Source of the DNA: Mycetocola sp.
GTDB lineage: Bacteria; Actinomycetota; Actinomycetes; Actinomycetales; Microbacteriaceae
DNA length: 64,000 nucleotides
Reading direction: 5' to 3'
NCBI RefSeq assembly: GCF_025464835.1
Contig: NZ_JAODMP010000096.1
Coordinates: 8,755-72,754 of the forward strand
A program made the translations under genes and the position numbers. Of this stretch, positions 9,007-18,531 are shown piece after piece (within the stretch, counting starts at the first letter, position 1; each line of letters opens with the position of its first letter). Under the pieces are notes generated by a model. That model was not told the origin of the DNA and made no database searches. It saw nothing but the letters and a program-made list of their open reading frames with translations.

Positions 9007-9647
9007 GCCTCCTCGAAGCGACCGGTCGCATCTCCGAGATTCAGTCCACCCTCCTCGCACTCACCCCGGGCGCACGAGCGAACATCGCCCCGTCGGTCGC
9101 GCCTTCTCCGGCATCCACCGACTTCGCGAAGGCTCTGTCGGACCTCACGTCCACCACCAAACCGGAGGCGGTCGGCACCCCGCTCGCGACAGGCGACGCC
9201 ACCGGTGCCGGTGTCGTCGCCGCGGCGAAGAAGTACCTTGGCGTTCCCTACGTCTTCGGCGGGGAGGACTCGACCGGGATGGACTGCTCCGGACTCGTGC
9301 AACGCGTGTACGCCGACCTCGGCATCACGGTGCCGCGCGTCGTTCCCGATCAGGCGAAGGTCGGCACCGAAGTCGGGTCCCTTGCCAACGCCCAGCCGGG
9401 TGACCTCATCGTCGCCAAGGGCAGCGGTCACATCCTCATCTACGCCGGAAACAACCAGGTGATCCACGCGCCGCGCCCAGGCACAACGGTGACGCTCACC
9501 GAGAACTGGCGGAAAGACTCCGACATCGAGACGATCCGCCGCCTCGTTCCGTCCACTACAGCGGCTCCGGCCGCCGCATCAGCTGGCAACGTGGATTCGC
9601 TTCTCGTCGCCGCACAGCGGGCCGCGCTGACAGGAGGCTCCTGGTGA
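9003..9647 (+). CDS. NlpC/P60 (C40) peptidoglycan endopeptidase embedded in the flagellar operon
   Basis: 214 aa with a C-terminal C40 domain: KYLGVPYVFGGEDSTGMDCSGLVQRVYADLGI...GDLIVAKGSGHILIYAGNNQVIHAP (catalytic Cys and His). The N-terminal ~70 aa show no signal peptide or TM segment. It overlaps both fliJ and fliK by 4 nt. Confidence 0.85.
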   Translation: MSLLEATGRISEIQSTLLALTPGARANIAPSVAPSPASTDFAKALSDLTSTTKPEAVGTPLATGDATGAGVVAAAKKYLGVPYVFGGEDSTGMDCSGLVQRVYADLGITVPRVVPDQAKVGTEVGSLANAQPGDLIVAKGSGHILIYAGNNQVIHAPRPGTTVTLTENWRKDSDIETIRRLVPSTTAAPAAASAGNVDSLLVAAQRAALTGGSW

Positions 9648-10966
9648 CCCTCATTTCAGCACCGTCGGCCCAGACGGCGTCGACCGGTCTTCCTGCGACG
9701 AGCGACGCGGCGGAAGCCGGGTCCTTCGCCTCGGTCCTGGAAGGCGTCCTGCAGGCGGATGCGTCCGCCAGAGTCCCCATTCGCGCCGAGGGGGCAACCG
9801 GCGGCCGGGACCTTTCGGCAAGCGCAACAGCCGTGGCGCTCATGGGCTGGCCCTCCGGCCAGTCCGCTCCTGACGGCACAAGCGGTCAGGCCGAAACCGA
9901 GGTTCCCGGCACAACGGATGCCAACGCGCCAGCTAACGCTCCGGCCATTGTCGCGGGCGCAGTTATCGAGGGCACGGCAACGGCACTATCGATAGCACCC
10001 AACTCCGCGGCTCCCACGGCCGAAGCGGGGCCGACCGCCGAAACGACGCCGCCGATGGCGCCGGCGATGAGCCCTGCTCCCTTCCCGTCGACACCCGCTT
10101 CGCCGGGCGTCGACGACGGCGAACTCGCAGGTGCCCCAGCGGGTGACGACACCGGGCTCGACACGGCGTCCCGGACTCGGGCAACCGAGACCGTAGCGAC
10201 AACGCCCCCGATCGCGAACCCAGCGACGGCTGCCCCATCACCCTCCGTTCCGTCGGCGTCCGTTCAGAACCCGTCTGCACCCGGAACAGCGGCACCCGAC
10301 GCCGACCTCCAGACATCGCAGCCGGCTGCTGCCGTACCAGCACCGGTACCGGCAACACCCGCCCCGATCGGCACGCGCGGGGCGACACCGGGTGCGATCA
10401 CCCCGACCGAAGCGCAGACATCCGTTCGCGCCCCCGCTCTCGGCGGCAGTCAGCCAGCCGCCGCAGAAGCGGCAGCCCCGGCGGCGGTGCCCCCCGTATC
10501 GTCACCGATGCCCACAGCCCCGGCCGCAACAACAGCATCGCCGTCAGCGCCCGCCGCGTCTCCCGCTCCGCCGCTGAATACCCAGTTGGCGCAACCGCTG
10601 TTCAGCCTTGCCGGGGCCCGGACGGGCGAGCATGTGATGACCGTACAGGTGACGCCGGATAACCTCGGCCCGGTCACCGTCCGCGCCGTCATCGGCGGCG
10701 ACGACATCAGGATCGAACTGTTTTCGCCCTCCGACGGTGGTCGGGACGCACTCCGGCAGATCCTGACGGACCTGCGCCGCGACCTTGCCGGCGGCGGCCT
10801 GGCGGCATCGCTCGACCTGTCATCAAAGAACGAGCCTGGAAGCAGCGAGGAGCGGACACCGCTTCGCGAGGCACCACGCTCAGGAGCCGCCGCTCCTGAG
10901 CCGGTTATTGAGCAGCGTTCTGATCCGGCGTCAACCGCTACGACCACTCTCGACGTCACCGTCTAA
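9644..10966 (+). CDS. fliK: flagellar hook-length control protein FliK
   Basis: 440 aa with a long Pro/Ala/Thr-rich ruler region. The C-terminal Flg_hook-like domain is MTVQVTPDNLGPVTVRAVIGGDDIRIELFSPSDGGRDALRQILTDLRRDLAGGG. It lies before flgD-flgE. Confidence 0.8.
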   Translation: MTLISAPSAQTASTGLPATSDAAEAGSFASVLEGVLQADASARVPIRAEGATGGRDLSASATAVALMGWPSGQSAPDGTSGQAETEVPGTTDANAPANAPAIVAGAVIEGTATALSIAPNSAAPTAEAGPTAETTPPMAPAMSPAPFPSTPASPGVDDGELAGAPAGDDTGLDTASRTRATETVATTPPIANPATAAPSPSVPSASVQNPSAPGTAAPDADLQTSQPAAAVPAPVPATPAPIGTRGATPGAITPTEAQTSVRAPALGGSQPAAAEAAAPAAVPPVSSPMPTAPAATTASPSAPAASPAPPLNTQLAQPLFSLAGARTGEHVMTVQVTPDNLGPVTVRAVIGGDDIRIELFSPSDGGRDALRQILTDLRRDLAGGGLAASLDLSSKNEPGSSEERTPLREAPRSGAAAPEPVIEQRSDPASTATTTLDVTV

Positions 10967-10983
10967 TTCAGAGGAGATCACCT

Positions 10984-11412
10984 GTGCCCATCGACGCTAT
11001 TGCGCGAACCGATTCCACGAGCCTGTACGCGACGCGACCGTCGTCTGCTCCCAAGCAGGAGATGGACGGAGAAATGTTCCTCTCCCTGCTCGTCACTCAA
11101 CTGCAGAACCAGGACCCGAGCTCGCCCATGGACACGAACCAGATGATCTCGCAGACCACGCAGCTCGCGATGATGGAGCAGATCACCGCCCTGACGACGA
11201 CCGGCACCGAGAACTTCTCGCTCCAGATGCGCATGGCCGCAGCGACGCTGGTCGGGCAGGACGTCAGTTACACCGGCGCCGACGGCACGACAGTCACCGG
11301 CGTCGCCTCGTCCGTCTCCTACTCGGACGCGGTTCCCCAGGTCACCATCGACGGTATATCGATCGCGCTCGACGCCATCTCTGGCATCACCGCAAGCCCA
11401 TCAGCTGCCTAA
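10984..11412 (+). CDS. flgD: flagellar hook assembly/capping protein FlgD
   Basis: 142 aa with the motif FLSLLVTQLQNQDPSSPMDTNQMISQTTQLAMMEQI. Confidence 0.92.
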   Translation: MPIDAIARTDSTSLYATRPSSAPKQEMDGEMFLSLLVTQLQNQDPSSPMDTNQMISQTTQLAMMEQITALTTTGTENFSLQMRMAAATLVGQDVSYTGADGTTVTGVASSVSYSDAVPQVTIDGISIALDAISGITASPSAA

Positions 11413-11433
11413 CCTCAACCAAAGGACTCACTT

Positions 11434-12594
11434 ATGCTTCGCTCTCTGTACTCAGGTATTTCCGGCCTCCGCTCCCACCAGACCATGCTTGACGTAACGG
11501 GCAACAACATCGCCAACGTCAACACGGCCGGGTTCAAGGGCTCGACCGTGCAATTCCAGGACACCCTCTCGCAGCTCTCCCAGGGCGCGACCGCCGGGCA
11601 GGGCGAGGTCGGCGGCACCAACCCGGCACAGGTCGGACTCGGTGTTCAGGTCGCAGCCATCTCAACGAACTTCGCTCAGGGGTCCTCGCAGAGCACCGGC
11701 CGGTCGACCGACCTGACGGTCTCCGGCGACGGCTTCTTCATCACCAGGATGGCAGGTGAAACGCTCTACACCCGAGCGGGCTCGTTCGATTTCGACTCGC
11801 AGGGCAGGTTAGTTGACCCAAGCGGTGCCCTCGTCCAGGGCTGGGGCGCCGTGAACGGAACGATCATGGATGGTGGAGCCATCGACACGATCACTCTGCC
11901 GCTCGGTGCCGTTTCACCGGCCGTCGCGACCACCTCAGCGACGATGATCGGTAACCTGCCGGAGGACGCCGCAGACGGAACCGCATTGGTTCGCGATCTC
12001 GACGTCTTCAATGCGAACGGTGATTCCCAGATCCTGTCGATCACCTTCACCCGCTCGGCGGGCGCGTGGACGGTCAGCGATGGCACCACGAACTACGGGG
12101 CACTCACCTTCAACGACGGCGTGCTCGCCAGCCCTGGCAGTGTGGTCGTCGCCGGCGTGACCCTCGACGTCCGCAAGCTCACCGGGTACTCCGGACTCAG
12201 CACAGCGGCCATCTCCAGCCAGGACGGACGCAAGGCAGGAGACCTCGACTCGTTCACCATGTCGAAGGACGGCACCCTCGTCGGGTTGTTCAGCAACGGC
12301 GCCCTGCAGTCGGTCGGACGGGTGTCACTCGCCACGTTCGTCAACCCGGGCGGTCTGGAGAAGGCAGGATCGTCCATGTACCGTGCCACGTTCAACTCAG
12401 GAGCCGCCGACATCGGGACACCCGGCGCGCCCGGCTTCGGATCACTCATCTCGGGTGCGCTCGAGATGTCGAATGTCGACCTCTCCCAGGAGTTCACCAA
12501 CCTCATCGTGGCCCAGCGCGGCTTCCAGGCGAACGCGCGAATCATCACAACGTCAGATGAGGTGCTCCAGGAGCTCACCAACCTGAAGAGGTAG
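11434..12594 (+). CDS. flgE: flagellar hook protein FlgE
   Basis: 386 aa with N-terminus MLRSLYSGISGLRSHQTMLDVTGNNIANVNTAGFK and C-terminus LEMSNVDLSQEFTNLIVAQRGFQANARIITTSDEVLQEL. Confidence 0.95.
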   Translation: MLRSLYSGISGLRSHQTMLDVTGNNIANVNTAGFKGSTVQFQDTLSQLSQGATAGQGEVGGTNPAQVGLGVQVAAISTNFAQGSSQSTGRSTDLTVSGDGFFITRMAGETLYTRAGSFDFDSQGRLVDPSGALVQGWGAVNGTIMDGGAIDTITLPLGAVSPAVATTSATMIGNLPEDAADGTALVRDLDVFNANGDSQILSITFTRSAGAWTVSDGTTNYGALTFNDGVLASPGSVVVAGVTLDVRKLTGYSGLSTAAISSQDGRKAGDLDSFTMSKDGTLVGLFSNGALQSVGRVSLATFVNPGGLEKAGSSMYRATFNSGAADIGTPGAPGFGSLISGALEMSNVDLSQEFTNLIVAQRGFQANARIITTSDEVLQELTNLKR

Positions 12595-12659
12595 CCGGCG
12601 GCTGAGGAAGATTTTCCGGGACAGTTCTTCTTTGGACGCCGGCCGGGCCGTTTGAACCG

Positions 12660-12687
12660 CTAACTACTGGGGTTCAACGGCCGACAG
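12660..12687 (+). promoter_or_regulatory. candidate sigma-28/WhiG-type internal promoter upstream of flbD-motAB
   Basis: CTAAC-N15-GCCGACAG ends about 40 nt upstream of the flbD ATG. It lies in the only sizeable intergenic gap (134 nt) of the long operon. Confidence 0.5.
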
Positions 12688-12728
12688 TTCCCTCTGAAGG
12701 CTCACCCGAGCCGCAAAGGGACGAGCCG

Positions 12729-12974
12729 ATGATCGTAGTGACACGCCTGAACGGCACACAGTTTGCGATCAACCCCGACCTCATCGAGCGCATCCATGAG
12801 AATCCGGACACCACCCTGGTCACCGTGGACGGCGCCAAGTACATCGTCACCGAGTCGATGAGCGATGTGATCCACAAGATCGCGTCCTTCCGCGCCCGCG
12901 TGCTCGTCCTGGCGAGCGAGCCTCACCGCGACGAGCCGGCACAACCTGTCCGCATCCACCCGAGGGACAACTAA
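12729..12974 (+). CDS. flbD: flagellar protein FlbD
   Basis: 81 aa. MIVVTRLNGTQFAINPDLIERIHENPDTTLVTVDGAKYIVTESMSDVIHKI is the characteristic FlbD sequence. Confidence 0.9.
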   Translation: MIVVTRLNGTQFAINPDLIERIHENPDTTLVTVDGAKYIVTESMSDVIHKIASFRARVLVLASEPHRDEPAQPVRIHPRDN

Positions 12975-12977
12975 CCA

Positions 12978-13742
12978 ATGGATCCAGCAACACTGATCGG
13001 CCTCGTCGTAGCGTTCGGAGCGCTCTACGTGATGCTCACGCTCGAGGGCGTGCATGTCGAGGCGATTCTGCTGCCGGCGCCCATGATCCTCGTCTTCGGG
13101 GCCACCATCGCCGTCGGAATCGCGGGCGGCACGCTCAAAGACTTCCTTCAGGCTGTCAAGGCGCTGCCTCGCGCGTTCAGAGGCAAGACCACTCCGCCGC
13201 AAAACGTGATCGAGCAGGTGGTCGGCTTCGCGGAAAGAGCGCGCAAAGACGGGCTGCTCGCACTCGATCAGGAAGCCGAGAACGTCGACGACGATTTCCT
13301 CCGTCGCGCGCTGCAGAACATCGCGGATGGGACCGATGGCGAAGATCTCCGGATCCTGCTCGAGGATGAAATTCACACCAGGGCGAAGGCAGACCGCTCC
13401 GCCGCGAAGTTCTTCACCAGCCTCGGGGGGTACGCGCCGACCATCGGCATCATCGGAACCGTCGTCTCACTCGTGCACGTTCTCGAGAACCTGTCCAGTC
13501 CAGACAAGCTCGGACCGATGATCGCTGCGGCGTTCGTCGCGACACTCTGGGGTCTGCTCTCCGCAAACTTCATCTGGCTGCCGATCGGCTCGAGGCTGGC
13601 ACGCCTGTGCGACCTTGAGGTCGAACGAATGACGCTGCAGATGGAGGGCGTGCTCGCCGTGCAGGCCGGCAGCCAGCCGCGGCTGCTCGGCGAACGGCTC
13701 CGGGCGATGGTCCCGGCCTATGTCGTTCCGGAAGCGGCATGA
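12978..13742 (+). CDS. motA: flagellar stator protein MotA
   Basis: 254 aa of the MotA/TolQ/ExbB channel family, with C-terminal TM pair YAPTIGIIGTVVSLVHVL...AAFVATLWGLLSANFIWLPI. It is followed by motB with a 4-nt overlap. Confidence 0.92.
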   Translation: MDPATLIGLVVAFGALYVMLTLEGVHVEAILLPAPMILVFGATIAVGIAGGTLKDFLQAVKALPRAFRGKTTPPQNVIEQVVGFAERARKDGLLALDQEAENVDDDFLRRALQNIADGTDGEDLRILLEDEIHTRAKADRSAAKFFTSLGGYAPTIGIIGTVVSLVHVLENLSSPDKLGPMIAAAFVATLWGLLSANFIWLPIGSRLARLCDLEVERMTLQMEGVLAVQAGSQPRLLGERLRAMVPAYVVPEAA

Positions 13743-14536
13743 GGTCGCGGGGTTCCCGTCGGAGTTTCGACGCTGAGGAAGCCCCGCACGTCGACGAGCG
13801 CTGGATGGCGTCATACATGGACATGGTGACGGTGCTCATGTGCATGTTCATCGTGCTGTTCGCGATGTCGACGATCGATCAGAAAAAGTTCGATCAACTC
13901 CGCAGCTCGCTGGCGGTCGGGTTCGGTGTCACTGAGACCGAGTTCGCCGATACGGCCGACGGTGTCGTCGTAACGCCAGATGAGGTGGACGAGACGTCGG
14001 AGAATTTGACCGACATCGATTTCGCCAAAGCCGAACTCGACGAACTTCTTCAGTTGAGGGAGCGGATCCGGGCGAACCTCGCTGCTGTCGGCCTGCTCAA
14101 CACCGTCGAATTCGACATCGGCGAGCGCGGACTGACCGTCCGCCTGGTTAGCACAGAGACATTCTTCGAGGCCAATAGTGACGTACTCAGTGGTGATGTC
14201 GTCGCTGTTCTGGATGCGGTCGCACCGCCGCTGGCCGAATCCACGCTCCGGCTCTCTGTGGAAGGGCACGCAGACTACCGAGACGCAGGTGGGCAGTTTG
14301 CCACCAACTGGGAGCTGTCGTCGGGTCGCTCCGTGCAGGTGCTCCGGCATCTGGTCGAGAAGCGCGCCATTCCCGCAGAACGGGTCGCTTCGGTCGGCTA
14401 TGGCTCGGCACATCCACTGGCCACCGGTGAAACACCAGACGCCCTCGCACTGAACCGCAGGGTCGACATCGTGGCTCTCTCGGATAAGCCCGAGTCGATC
14501 CGGCAACTCATCCCCGGGCTGGTCACAGGCCCCTGA
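13739..14536 (+). CDS. motB: flagellar stator protein MotB (OmpA-like C-terminal domain)
   Basis: 265 aa. The N-terminal TM segment carries the conserved Asp (MVTVLMCMFIVLFAMSTIDQ). The C-terminal OmpA/MotB peptidoglycan-binding motif is NWELSSGRSVQVLRHL...ALNRRVDIV. Confidence 0.92.
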   Translation: MRSRGSRRSFDAEEAPHVDERWMASYMDMVTVLMCMFIVLFAMSTIDQKKFDQLRSSLAVGFGVTETEFADTADGVVVTPDEVDETSENLTDIDFAKAELDELLQLRERIRANLAAVGLLNTVEFDIGERGLTVRLVSTETFFEANSDVLSGDVVAVLDAVAPPLAESTLRLSVEGHADYRDAGGQFATNWELSSGRSVQVLRHLVEKRAIPAERVASVGYGSAHPLATGETPDALALNRRVDIVALSDKPESIRQLIPGLVTGP

Positions 14537-14564
14537 CCCACCGCCGTCGATCTCACCGGGTGCG

Positions 14565-15503
14565 ATGCTAACCCCGGCAGCCCGGCGGCCGATGGTGGGG
14601 AATGTGACGGTCCAGAAAAAAGCATCAATCAGCGTGCCTGCGAAGCCGGTCAGTGTCTACGACTTCCGCCGCCCGACGACACTGGCCCGCGAACACTCCC
14701 GCGTGCTCGAACTCGCGTGCGAGACGTTCGCGCGTCAGTGGGGTACCCAGCTCACCGCGCGGGTCCGCGCGTGGTCGCAGGTCACTTTCGATCAGGTTCT
14801 CATGCAGACCTACGACGATTACGCATCCTCCCTTCCCGCGACGACAGCGATGGTTCTGTGTACACTCGCCGGCCCGTTCCCCAAGGCAGTGATCCAGTTT
14901 CCAGCCAGTGCCGGACTTGGCTGGATCGACCGGATGCTCGGCGGCACGCGTCCCTCAACGGCGCCGGAACGCAGGTTCACGGCGGTCGAACAGGCCTTGA
15001 TCCGGCAACTGATGGATGACGCGCTCGACGACCTCCGATACTCCTTCGGGTCACTGCTCGGTGCTCCGATCGCTGTGGACGCCATCCACTACAACTCCCA
15101 GTTCGCCCAGGCCGCCGCGTCAGCCGAATTGATGATTGTCTCCGCCTTCACGATCCAGGTCGGTGAGCATACGGCGCCGGCGACGGTGGCGATCCCTGCC
15201 GAGGCGCTGCTCGGGCAGCTCGGCGAAACTGCGCCCGTCGACACCCCGTCGGAGTTCTCCGCGATGATCAGAAGCCAGCTCGCCCAGGTGCCCGTCGATG
15301 TCTCGGTCCGCCTCGCCCCGGCGAACGTGCGCCCCGGTGCCATCCTCAACCTCGCGGTCGGCGACATCCTCCCCCTTCCCCACCCCCACCACCGACCGCT
15401 GGATGTCGCCGTAGGCGGCCAGCCGCTGGCACGCGCAGCACTGGGAGCGCACGGCTCCCGGCTCGCCTGTGTCGTTGTCGAAACCCAGGAGATCAGCCGA
15501 TGA
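14565..15503 (+). CDS. fliM: flagellar motor switch protein FliM (start uncertain; alternative ATG at 14592)
   Basis: It has VSVYDFRRPTTLAREHSRVLELACETFARQWGTQLT and a C-terminal SpoA-like region, and precedes fliN. Confidence 0.9.
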   Translation: MLTPAARRPMVGNVTVQKKASISVPAKPVSVYDFRRPTTLAREHSRVLELACETFARQWGTQLTARVRAWSQVTFDQVLMQTYDDYASSLPATTAMVLCTLAGPFPKAVIQFPASAGLGWIDRMLGGTRPSTAPERRFTAVEQALIRQLMDDALDDLRYSFGSLLGAPIAVDAIHYNSQFAQAAASAELMIVSAFTIQVGEHTAPATVAIPAEALLGQLGETAPVDTPSEFSAMIRSQLAQVPVDVSVRLAPANVRPGAILNLAVGDILPLPHPHHRPLDVAVGGQPLARAALGAHGSRLACVVVETQEISR

Positions 15504-16204
15504 CCATGTTCCAGACCAACCTCCGTTCGGCTGCGGACGCAGCAGCCGGCCTGCTCCCGACGATGTCAGCGCTTCGCGCGATCCAGGGCTACGACCGGGA
15601 GTCGATCGGTGATCGCGCCACGACTGCGACGGTTGCCACACTCGTCGGGTCGCCATCGGCCGACCTCGCCCTCATCGTTCTCGACCAGAAAGCTATCGCA
15701 GCCGCGGCGGGGAACGACTCCCCGCTGGTCTCGGCTCTGGACATCGTGCGCCCCGCACTCGAAGCCGCCTCGGCTGCCCTCGGCGCCGGCGTGCTCGGCA
15801 TGTCACGCACGGAAGACGCTTCAGCACTGTTCGCCGATGAGGACACGGTGGTGTTCGCTCTCGTCGGTGACGCCGGAACAGCAGGCTGGTTCGCTGTGCG
15901 CGTCCGCGAACACGGAACTCTGGGCGGTCGCGTGCCGTCCACCGACTCTGTGGTCGGGAAGCTCAGCAGGATCAACAACGTGGAGATGGCGCTCACGGTC
16001 GAGATCGGACACACCCGCATGTCGGTGCGCGACGTCCTCGCCCTCGAACCCGGCGGCATCATCGAACTGGACAGGTCGGCCGGCGCCCCCGCCGATGTGC
16101 TGCTCAACGGCCGGCTCATCGCCCACGGTGAAGTCGTCGTCGTCGACCAGGACTACGCCGTGCGCATCACCCAGATCCTCGATGTCGCGGATGGCCTCGA
16201 CTAG
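15500..16204 (+). CDS. fliN: flagellar motor switch protein FliN/FliY-like
   Basis: 234 aa with C-terminal SpoA domain VEMALTVEIGHTRMSVRDVLALEPGGIIELDRSAGAPADVLLNGRLIAHGEVVVVDQDYAVRITQI. The N-terminal extension has no CheC motif that I can recognise. Confidence 0.9.
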   Translation: MTMFQTNLRSAADAAAGLLPTMSALRAIQGYDRESIGDRATTATVATLVGSPSADLALIVLDQKAIAAAAGNDSPLVSALDIVRPALEAASAALGAGVLGMSRTEDASALFADEDTVVFALVGDAGTAGWFAVRVREHGTLGGRVPSTDSVVGKLSRINNVEMALTVEIGHTRMSVRDVLALEPGGIIELDRSAGAPADVLLNGRLIAHGEVVVVDQDYAVRITQILDVADGLD

Positions 16205-16657
16205 ATGGACACGGTGTTCGTTGCGCTCCGCGTTCTGCTCTCTCTCGCCGCTGTGCTCGCGCTGCTCTGGTATGCCCAGAAGCGGATCACGCGCGGCAAG
16301 GCGAAGGGCAAGACCGCCGAACTCGTGACCGTCGTCGGACGACAGGGGATCGGCCTCAAGGCATCCGTTGTCGTCGTGGACGTCGACGGCACGCGGTTCC
16401 TGCTCGGAGTCACCGAACACACCGTCAATGTCCTGCACAGCGCCGACGCACCGACCAGCCGGGCGACCGCGCAAGCCGAATCGCCGTCGGATGCCTTCGC
16501 AGCGACCCTCGCTGGTGTCACGAACGTCGACACGGTGTCCACGACATCGCACGCGCTCCGGCCCCGAAGGAACGCACAGCCCGCGCAGGCCGGCGGCTCG
16601 ATCCTTTCACCGGCGACCTGGAAGCAGACCGCTGCCGCCCTCCGGCAGATCCGCTGA
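16205..16657 (+). CDS. fliO: flagellar biosynthesis protein FliO/FliZ-like
   Basis: 150 aa with a single N-terminal TM segment (VFVALRVLLSLAAVLALLWYAQKR) followed by VVGRQGIGLKASVVVVDVDGTRFLLGVTEHTVNVL. It lies directly before fliP. Confidence 0.75.
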   Translation: MDTVFVALRVLLSLAAVLALLWYAQKRITRGKAKGKTAELVTVVGRQGIGLKASVVVVDVDGTRFLLGVTEHTVNVLHSADAPTSRATAQAESPSDAFAATLAGVTNVDTVSTTSHALRPRRNAQPAQAGGSILSPATWKQTAAALRQIR

Positions 16658-17496
16658 TGCCCGTACGCTCGACACCGACAGTGCCTCGATACATCCGGCG
16701 GCGGGTCGCGCCTTCCCTTCTTGTTCTCGCGCTCGTCGTCCTCATCCTCCTGGTCTCGCCGACCGCCGCATACGCCGTGCCGGTCGACCCGACCCCGCCG
16801 ACCGATCCGGTCGACCCTGCCGACCCCGGAGACATCTCGGTCGAGATCAACGGCATCAACGGAACGCCGTCGGCCGCTGTCCTGACCCTCGTCGGCATCA
16901 CCCTGCTCTCCGTCGCCCCAGCGCTGCTGTTGATGATGACGTCGTTCACGAAGATCTTCGTCGTGCTGGCCATGACCAGGAACGCTCTCTCCCTGCCGTC
17001 GATCCCACCCAACCAGGTACTCGCCGGCCTCGCCCTGTTCCTGTCGCTGTTCATCATGGCGCCGGTGATCGGGGACATCAACGCCATCGGCGTCCAGCCC
17101 TACCTCGACGGCACGCTGACGTTCACTGACGCTCTCTCCGTCGGCTCAGGGCCGCTCCGCGACTTCATGCTCGCCAACACCCGCGAGGAAGACCTCGCCC
17201 TCATGACGAGGGCCGCCGACGAGCCGAACCCGGACAACCCCGAAGCAGTTCCGCTGCTGACCCTCATCCCCGCGTTCATGATCTCCGAGTTGCGCGCAGC
17301 GTTCATCATCGGCTTCGTCATCTTCGTACCGTTCCTCGTCATCGACCTCGTCGTCGCCGCTGCCCTCATGTCGATGGGCATGATGATGCTCCCGCCGGTC
17401 ATGATCTCGCTCCCGTTCAAGATCCTGCTCTTCGTTCTCGTCGACGGCTGGGGTTTGATCATCACCTCCCTCATCTCGAGTTACGGGGTCCGCTGA
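16657..17496 (+). CDS. fliP: flagellar export apparatus protein FliP
   Basis: 279 aa with the motif TSFTKIFVVLAMTRNALSLPSIPPNQVLAGLALFLSLFIMAPV. Confidence 0.96.
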   Translation: MPVRSTPTVPRYIRRRVAPSLLVLALVVLILLVSPTAAYAVPVDPTPPTDPVDPADPGDISVEINGINGTPSAAVLTLVGITLLSVAPALLLMMTSFTKIFVVLAMTRNALSLPSIPPNQVLAGLALFLSLFIMAPVIGDINAIGVQPYLDGTLTFTDALSVGSGPLRDFMLANTREEDLALMTRAADEPNPDNPEAVPLLTLIPAFMISELRAAFIIGFVIFVPFLVIDLVVAAALMSMGMMMLPPVMISLPFKILLFVLVDGWGLIITSLISSYGVR

Positions 17497-17771
17497 TGGA
17501 CTCGAATGCCGTTCTCGACGTGGCCCTGCAGGGTCTCATCATCGCCGCGAAGCTCTCCGCGCCTGTGCTGATCACGGCACTTGTGGTCGGATTCGCGATC
17601 TCACTCCTGCAGTCGATCACCCAGATCCAGGAGGTCACGCTCTCGTTCGTTCCCAAAGCGATCGGGGTCGCTCTTGCCCTGCTCATCGCCGGTCACTGGA
17701 TGATCTCCGAGATCGTCTCGTTCACGCACCGGATGTTCGACATGATCCCGTCGCTCCTGAACGGCGGCTGA
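17496..17771 (+). CDS. fliQ: flagellar export apparatus protein FliQ
   Basis: 91 aa with two TM segments and ISLLQSITQIQEVTLSFVPK. Confidence 0.93.
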   Translation: MDSNAVLDVALQGLIIAAKLSAPVLITALVVGFAISLLQSITQIQEVTLSFVPKAIGVALALLIAGHWMISEIVSFTHRMFDMIPSLLNGG

Positions 17772-17772
17772 G

Positions 17773-18531
17773 ATGTCGATCTCTCTGGACTTCGCGTGGA
17801 TCGAAGCTGTCCTGCTCGCCAGCGTCCGCATGGTGGCGTTCCTCGTGATCGCTCCCCCGTTCTCCTACGGTGCCATCCCGGTCCGGATCAAGGGGATGCT
17901 TGGGGTCGCCCTCGCTCTTGCGGTCTCGCCCCGCCTCACCCCCGGCTATGAGTCCTTCGAAACGGCGGGTTTCCTCTTCGCTTTGGTCGCCGAGATCCTC
18001 ATCGGCGCCGTGCTGGGGTTCCTCGTGATGCTCGTCTTCGCAGCCGTCCAGTCGGCGGGAAACCTCATCGACATGTTCGGCGGTTTCCAGATGGCGCAGG
18101 GATTCGATCCGCAGTCGATGATCAACGGTGCCCAGTTCTCCCGCCTTTTCCACATGACCGCCCTCGCCCTCCTGTTCGCATCGGGCGGCTACCAGCTCAT
18201 CTTCGGCGGCCTGATCCGGACGTTCAGTGCGCTGCCGCTCGGTGGGATGATCGATTTCACCGCTCCGGCCGAAGCGATGACCCATGGCGTCACCCAGATG
18301 TTCCTGGCATCCGTGCAGATCGCCGGCCCCCTGCTCGTCGTGCTCTTTCTCGCGGATGCCGGACTCGGGCTCCTCACCCGAGTGGCACCGGCGCTCAACG
18401 CGTTCGCTCTTGGGTTCCCGCTCAAGATCTTCCTGACACTCACCCTGGTCACCGTGACGTTCGTCGCCCTCCCGCAGGTCATCTCCTCGCTCACCGGCGA
18501 CGCCGTGAACCAGATGATGGGGGTGCGCTGA
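17773..18531 (+). CDS. fliR: flagellar export apparatus protein FliR
   Basis: 252 aa polytopic membrane protein with the FliR-like motif GFLVMLVFAAVQSAGNLIDMFGGFQMAQGFDPQ. Confidence 0.93.
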   Translation: MSISLDFAWIEAVLLASVRMVAFLVIAPPFSYGAIPVRIKGMLGVALALAVSPRLTPGYESFETAGFLFALVAEILIGAVLGFLVMLVFAAVQSAGNLIDMFGGFQMAQGFDPQSMINGAQFSRLFHMTALALLFASGGYQLIFGGLIRTFSALPLGGMIDFTAPAEAMTHGVTQMFLASVQIAGPLLVVLFLADAGLGLLTRVAPALNAFALGFPLKIFLTLTLVTVTFVALPQVISSLTGDAVNQMMGVR

